DNA from: an uncultured Gammaproteobacteria bacterium
Lineage (GTDB): Bacteria; Patescibacteriota; Microgenomatia; Daviesbacterales; UBA10151
Assembly (NCBI GenBank): GCA_964387865.1
Contig: CAYLXC010000004.1
Span: 1 to 57,441 of the forward strand
Direction of reading: 5' to 3'
Length of the DNA stretch: 57,441 nucleotides
The position numbers and the translations under genes are program-made. The notes below the pieces were generated by a model. The model was not told the DNA's origin, did not search any database, and worked only from the letters and a program-made list of their open reading frames with translations. Shown in pieces: positions 53,585 to 57,441 of the stretch; positions within the stretch are counted from its first letter, which is position 1; each line of letters opens with the position of its first letter.

Positions 53585-55227
53585 TGACTGCTTATTATTT
53601 AAAGTATAGGCCTCAAAGTTTGGAGGAGCTGATCGGTCAAGAGCCGGTCAAAAAAATCCTGCTTTCAGCTTTTCAAGAAAATAGATTATCTCATGCTTAT
53701 CTTTTTGTCGGACCAAGAGGGACAGGTAAGACCTCAACAGCAAGGATTTTAGCAAAGATGGTTAATTGCGAAATCGTAAATCGTAAATCGTTAATCGTTA
53801 ATCGTGAAAACAAAAACGATAATCGATATCCGATAACCGATATACCGTGTAATAAATGCTCCACATGTTTGTCAATCACTGATGGATCAAACCTTGATCT
53901 TATTGAAATTGATGCTGCATCCAATAGGGGAATTGAAGATATCCGCGCCCTTCGTGAGAAAATAAAGCTTGCACCAACTAATGCAAAAAAGAAAGTTTAC
54001 ATAATTGATGAGGTGCATATGTTAACCACAGAGGCTTTTAACGCTCTTTTAAAGACTTTGGAAGAACCTCCGGCGCATGCTCTATTTGTTTTGGCAACAA
54101 CAGATGTTAATAAGGTTCCTCAAACAATTCTTTCAAGGGTACAAAGGTTAGATTTCAAGTTTGCAAGAGCTTCCGAGTTGATGGAAGCCTTAATAAAAAT
54201 TGCAAGAGAGGAAAAAATTGATATTGATGAAGAAGCGCTTAAATTACTGATTAGAAAATCAGAAGGATCATTTCGGGATGGTGTTAAACTTTTGGATCAA
54301 GTCTCATCAATTGAAGGTAAAATTACTAAAGAAACTTTGGAGAAGAGTCTAAAGTCATCTAATTTTGATGACATTTCCGATTTAATAAAATATTTTTCCA
54401 AAAAAGACACAAAAGAGGGTTTATCCATAGTATTGGAAATGGTGGAGAATGGAGCAGATATTAAAGAAACAGTATTATCTTTGATGGACGTACTAAGAAA
54501 TTTGGTATTTATAAAAAATGAGTTGGGAGAACAATTGGTAAAACCTCAAATGGTTGAGGAAAAATATGTAGAACTTATGGCACTATCAGAAACTTTCTCT
54601 AATCATGATTTGGTTAGAATCTTGGAAATCTTACAAAAGGTTAATGAGAAATTTAGATTTGCATCAATTCCGTCACTACCATTAGAGTTGGCTGTGGTTG
54701 AAATTTGTGGGGAACAGTCAACAGTCAACAGCTCGCTTCGCGAAGCGAGTCTACAGTCTACCATAAATTCGGAAAAATCACAGGACAAGATAAAATCAGA
54801 TAAATTAGAAGATGAGAAGCTTGTCTCGGGCGAATCTCTACTAAGCGCAGTCGAAGGGCCACATCCCACATCAAATTCTGACATAGTTATACTTAAGGAA
54901 AAATGGACTTTTGTTTTGGAAACTGTCCGTCCCTTAAATTTTTCTTTGGAAGCACTTTTAAGATCAATTAACTTGACAGAGTGTACGGATACAACAGTAA
55001 TCCTGGAAGTTCCATATTCTTTTCATCAAAGAATTTTGGAAGCCCCCAAAAATAGGGATTTATTAGAGTCAATTCTTTCCGATATTTTAGGAAGAAGCAT
55101 TAGGGTTTCAACTGTTTTGGGAAATAGGCCAACAAGAAAAGAAGATATTGCAAATGTTGAAGTTGCACAAGATGATGAAATAATCCGTGTAGCCGCAGAA
55201 ATCTTTAACTCAGACTCCATAAATTAA
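53584..55227 (+). CDS. dnaX: DNA polymerase III subunit gamma/tau
   Basis: KYRPQ, GPRGTGKTS, EIDAASNRG, IIDEVHML, AFNALLKTLEEP. Confidence 0.97.
   Translation: MTAYYLKYRPQSLEELIGQEPVKKILLSAFQENRLSHAYLFVGPRGTGKTSTARILAKMVNCEIVNRKSLIVNRENKNDNRYPITDIPCNKCSTCLSITDGSNLDLIEIDAASNRGIEDIRALREKIKLAPTNAKKKVYIIDEVHMLTTEAFNALLKTLEEPPAHALFVLATTDVNKVPQTILSRVQRLDFKFARASELMEALIKIAREEKIDIDEEALKLLIRKSEGSFRDGVKLLDQVSSIEGKITKETLEKSLKSSNFDDISDLIKYFSKKDTKEGLSIVLEMVENGADIKETVLSLMDVLRNLVFIKNELGEQLVKPQMVEEKYVELMALSETFSNHDLVRILEILQKVNEKFRFASIPSLPLELAVVEICGEQSTVNSSLREASLQSTINSEKSQDKIKSDKLEDEKLVSGESLLSAVEGPHPTSNSDIVILKEKWTFVLETVRPLNFSLEALLRSINLTECTDTTVILEVPYSFHQRILEAPKNRDLLESILSDILGRSIRVSTVLGNRPTRKEDIANVEVAQDDEIIRVAAEIFNSDSIN
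53772..53843. repeat. inverted heptamer arrays inserted in frame in the DnaX zinc module
   Basis: AATCGTA x2, AATCGTT x2, AATCGTG; 9-nt spacer; ACGATAA TCGATAT CCGATAA CCGATAT. Confidence 0.93.
54715..54761. repeat. composite CAGTCAA heptamer + 18-bp palindrome element in dnaX
   Basis: CAGTCAA CAGTCAA CAG CTCGCTTCGCGAAGCGAG TCTA CAGTCTAC. Confidence 0.95.
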
Positions 55228-55277
55228 TCTTGTTACTTGTCACAATTATTGGAGTGTTATATGATTCCTCCATCAAA

Positions 55278-56567
55278 ATGTCATCCAAAGTTTTTGATTT
55301 AATAAAAGAGGAAGCGCATAGACAAAAGTTTGGCTTAGAGATGATACCTTCTGAAAATTATACTTCAGAAAATGTAATGAAGGTCATGGGATCAATTCTG
55401 ACCAATAAATATTCAGAAGGTTTTCCGGGTGCAAGGTATTATGGAGGAAATGAAGTAATAGATAAAGTTGAAATTTATTGCCAAAGTTTGGCGAATAAAT
55501 TATTTGGTACAGCTCATGCCATAGTTCAACCTCACAGCGGATCACCTGCAAACCTCGCAATAGCATTGGAGTTGGCAGGACCAGGTGGAACAACTTTGGG
55601 TCAGAGTTTAATAGCTGGTGGTCATCTAACATTTGGCGCTCAAGCAAGTTGGACGGGACGACTATTTAATGCTATCCAGTATGGTGTCGACCCGAAAACT
55701 TGGAAAATTGATTTAAATGAGGTGAGAACCTTGGCAAGAAAACATAAACCAAAGTTTATTTGGGTTGGCACAACTGCTTATCCATATAAAATAGATTATA
55801 AAGGTTTTGCAGAAATAGCAGATGAGATTGGTTGCTATTTAGTTGCGGATACATCCCACATTTCAGGCCTAATTGTAACTGGTTATCACCCTTCTCCCGT
55901 TCCATACGCACACGTTATTATGACAACAACTCATAAAACATTAAGAGGCCCAAGAGGAGCAATTATTTTAATAACAAAAAAGGGGTTGGATAAAGATCCG
56001 GAACTTTCCAAAAGATTAGAAAAATCTGTTATGCCAGGTCTTCAGGGAGGACCACATGATCACCAGACTGCTGCAATTGCTGTAGCACTTGAGGAAGCTT
56101 TAAGGCCTTCTTTTAAAACCTACATTGGACAAGTTGTTAAAAATGCAAAAGTTTTGGCAAAAGAACTTGGTACTGTTTCAGAAGTACATCTTGTCTTAAA
56201 GAGTTTGACAGATATTGGGTATGGTTTAGGTTACCAAGCTCAATATGCTTTGGATGAGGCTGCCATCACTGTTAATAAGAATACAATCCCGGGTGAACCA
56301 GCATCTCCTTTTTATCCATCAGGAATTAGACTTGGAACACCAGCCTTAACTTCAAGAGGAATGAAGGAAAAAGATATGGTTAAAATTGCTGCATGGATCA
56401 GGAGAGCTTTAGAAGAAATAAGAGGTTTGGATCTGCCAAAAGAGCAGGATAAAAGAAAAGATTTTCTAAAAGAGGTTAAGAAAAAGCTTAGAGAAAATAG
56501 AAACCTTAAACTGATCAGAAAAGAAGTAGAAGCCTTTGCTGGAAAATTCCCGGTTCCTGGGATTTAA
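55278..56567 (+). CDS. glyA: serine hydroxymethyltransferase
   Basis: MIPSENY, NKYSEGFPGARYYGG, GGHLT, TTTHKTLRGPRG, GIRLGTPA; start ATG 55278. Confidence 0.97.
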   Translation: MSSKVFDLIKEEAHRQKFGLEMIPSENYTSENVMKVMGSILTNKYSEGFPGARYYGGNEVIDKVEIYCQSLANKLFGTAHAIVQPHSGSPANLAIALELAGPGGTTLGQSLIAGGHLTFGAQASWTGRLFNAIQYGVDPKTWKIDLNEVRTLARKHKPKFIWVGTTAYPYKIDYKGFAEIADEIGCYLVADTSHISGLIVTGYHPSPVPYAHVIMTTTHKTLRGPRGAIILITKKGLDKDPELSKRLEKSVMPGLQGGPHDHQTAAIAVALEEALRPSFKTYIGQVVKNAKVLAKELGTVSEVHLVLKSLTDIGYGLGYQAQYALDEAAITVNKNTIPGEPASPFYPSGIRLGTPALTSRGMKEKDMVKIAAWIRRALEEIRGLDLPKEQDKRKDFLKEVKKKLRENRNLKLIRKEVEAFAGKFPVPGI

Positions 56568-56572
56568 CCTTC

Positions 56573-56610
56573 CAATCCCGGTTTGTAAATTCAAATCCAA
56601 ACCGGGATTG
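56573..56610. repeat. 12-bp-arm inverted repeat between glyA and folD
   Basis: CAATCCCGGTTT-14 nt-AAACCGGGATTG, with a weaker outer AACCT/AGGTT extension. Confidence 0.85.
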
Positions 56611-56621
56611 TAGGTTCACTT

Positions 56622-57441
56622 ATGAAAGTTTCTGGAAAAGAAGTAGCTGATGCTATTTTAAATAAACTGGAAAAAGAAATAAAGAAAAAAAATCTCAAAC
56701 CTGGCCTCGCTATTATTTTGGCAGGAGATAATCCATCCTCAAGAATTTATGTTAACAACAAAATAAAAGCTGCAAAGAAAATTGGAATCAAAGCAGACCT
56801 TTATGAATTTAGAGAAAACGAGTTAAATAAATGCTTAAAAACTCTGGGCAGACTTAACGATGACCCAAATGTTCACGGAATAATAATTCAACATCCCATA
56901 TTTCATGAATGGAATTATGATGAACTTTTAAGTAAACTTGATCCAAAAAAAGATGTTGATGGATTCTTAAAAGACTCACCTTATTCCGGTGCAACAGCAT
57001 TGGCTGTTTGGGAAATGTTAACAGCTTTTTCTTTACTTGAAGAATTTAAAAAGGTAGAAGATTTTTTGAAAGGCAAAAAAATAGTAGTTTTGGGAAGAGG
57101 TAAAACAGCAGGGGGACCGATTACAGATCTTTTAAAGTCAAAAGGGTATGAGGTTATATCTATAGTTCGTGATACTAAAAATCCAACGCCTAAAATCAAA
57201 AGTGGAGACATTATAATTTCTGCAACCGGTGTAAAAAATATTGTTAACAAAACGAATTTAAAGAATGGAGCATATGTTATAGGAGTTGGGGTAGGGAAGG
57301 AATTAGTAGATGGAGAGCATAAGATTTTTGGGGATATCAAAGAAGATGATGTATCAAAAATTGCCAGATTATATTGTCCAACTATTGGAGGAATAGGGCC
57401 TCTTACAATTGTGTCACTTTTGAAGAATGTGGTTCAGTCCG
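56622..57441 (+). CDS. folD: bifunctional methylenetetrahydrofolate dehydrogenase/cyclohydrolase (3' end outside the window)
   Basis: Not in the ORF track. ATG 56622: KPGLAIILAGDNPSSRIYV, LNDDPNVHGIIIQ, DPKKDVDG, GGIGPLTI near the window end. Confidence 0.93.
   Translation, partial: MKVSGKEVADAILNKLEKEIKKKNLKPGLAIILAGDNPSSRIYVNNKIKAAKKIGIKADLYEFRENELNKCLKTLGRLNDDPNVHGIIIQHPIFHEWNYDELLSKLDPKKDVDGFLKDSPYSGATALAVWEMLTAFSLLEEFKKVEDFLKGKKIVVLGRGKTAGGPITDLLKSKGYEVISIVRDTKNPTPKIKSGDIIISATGVKNIVNKTNLKNGAYVIGVGVGKELVDGEHKIFGDIKEDDVSKIARLYCPTIGGIGPLTIVSLLKNVVQS

Noticed and set aside
16625-54761. Heptamer arrays as CRISPR or mini-CRISPR arrays
   Set aside because: Units are 7 nt, directly abutting, with no unique 25-45 nt spacers

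Overview
Gene-dense, AT-rich bacterial chromosome segment, most likely from a Patescibacteria/CPR organism (Microgenomates-like). That assignment is inferred from the archaeal-type ProRS, short EF-Ts, PPIase-less trigger factor, PaaX-like protein and many orphans. Translation table 11 fits. The left ~16 kb is an accessory zone: GH1, RmlD, two Phd/PIN toxin-antitoxin pairs, a GIY-YIG gene, orphans and gene remnants around tRNA-Trp, rpmG, two tRNA-Thr and rpmB. The rest is core: fmt-def, mreB, pyrF-E-C-D, mreCD-mrdA-dprA, Clp ATPase, topA, pyrG, tmk, dcd-dut-thyA-folA, rpsB-tsf-frr-rseP, csaA-proS, tig-hit-rpsU-yqeY-ybeY-dnaX-glyA-folD. Several features are missing from the ORF track: rpmG, a partial class-A-PBP-like gene, partial folD, three tRNAs and an internally deleted HAD pseudogene. 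Main non-coding observations: (1) a complete T-box riboswitch with an ultrashort Stem I and a Pro codon in its apical loop, upstream of csaA-proS; (2) a probable 6S RNA; (3) about 13 arrays of 7-nt repeats, often as inverted pairs, plus REP-like palindromes inserted in frame in topA, dnaX, tig, fmt, dcd and dprA, including an identical 30-mer in tig and dnaX; (4) three blocks of cargo genes, each bounded by a diverged copy of the 3' end of the upstream gene. No CRISPR array, integrase or transposase was recognised. All calls are from reading the sequence by eye; no searches or folding programs were run.
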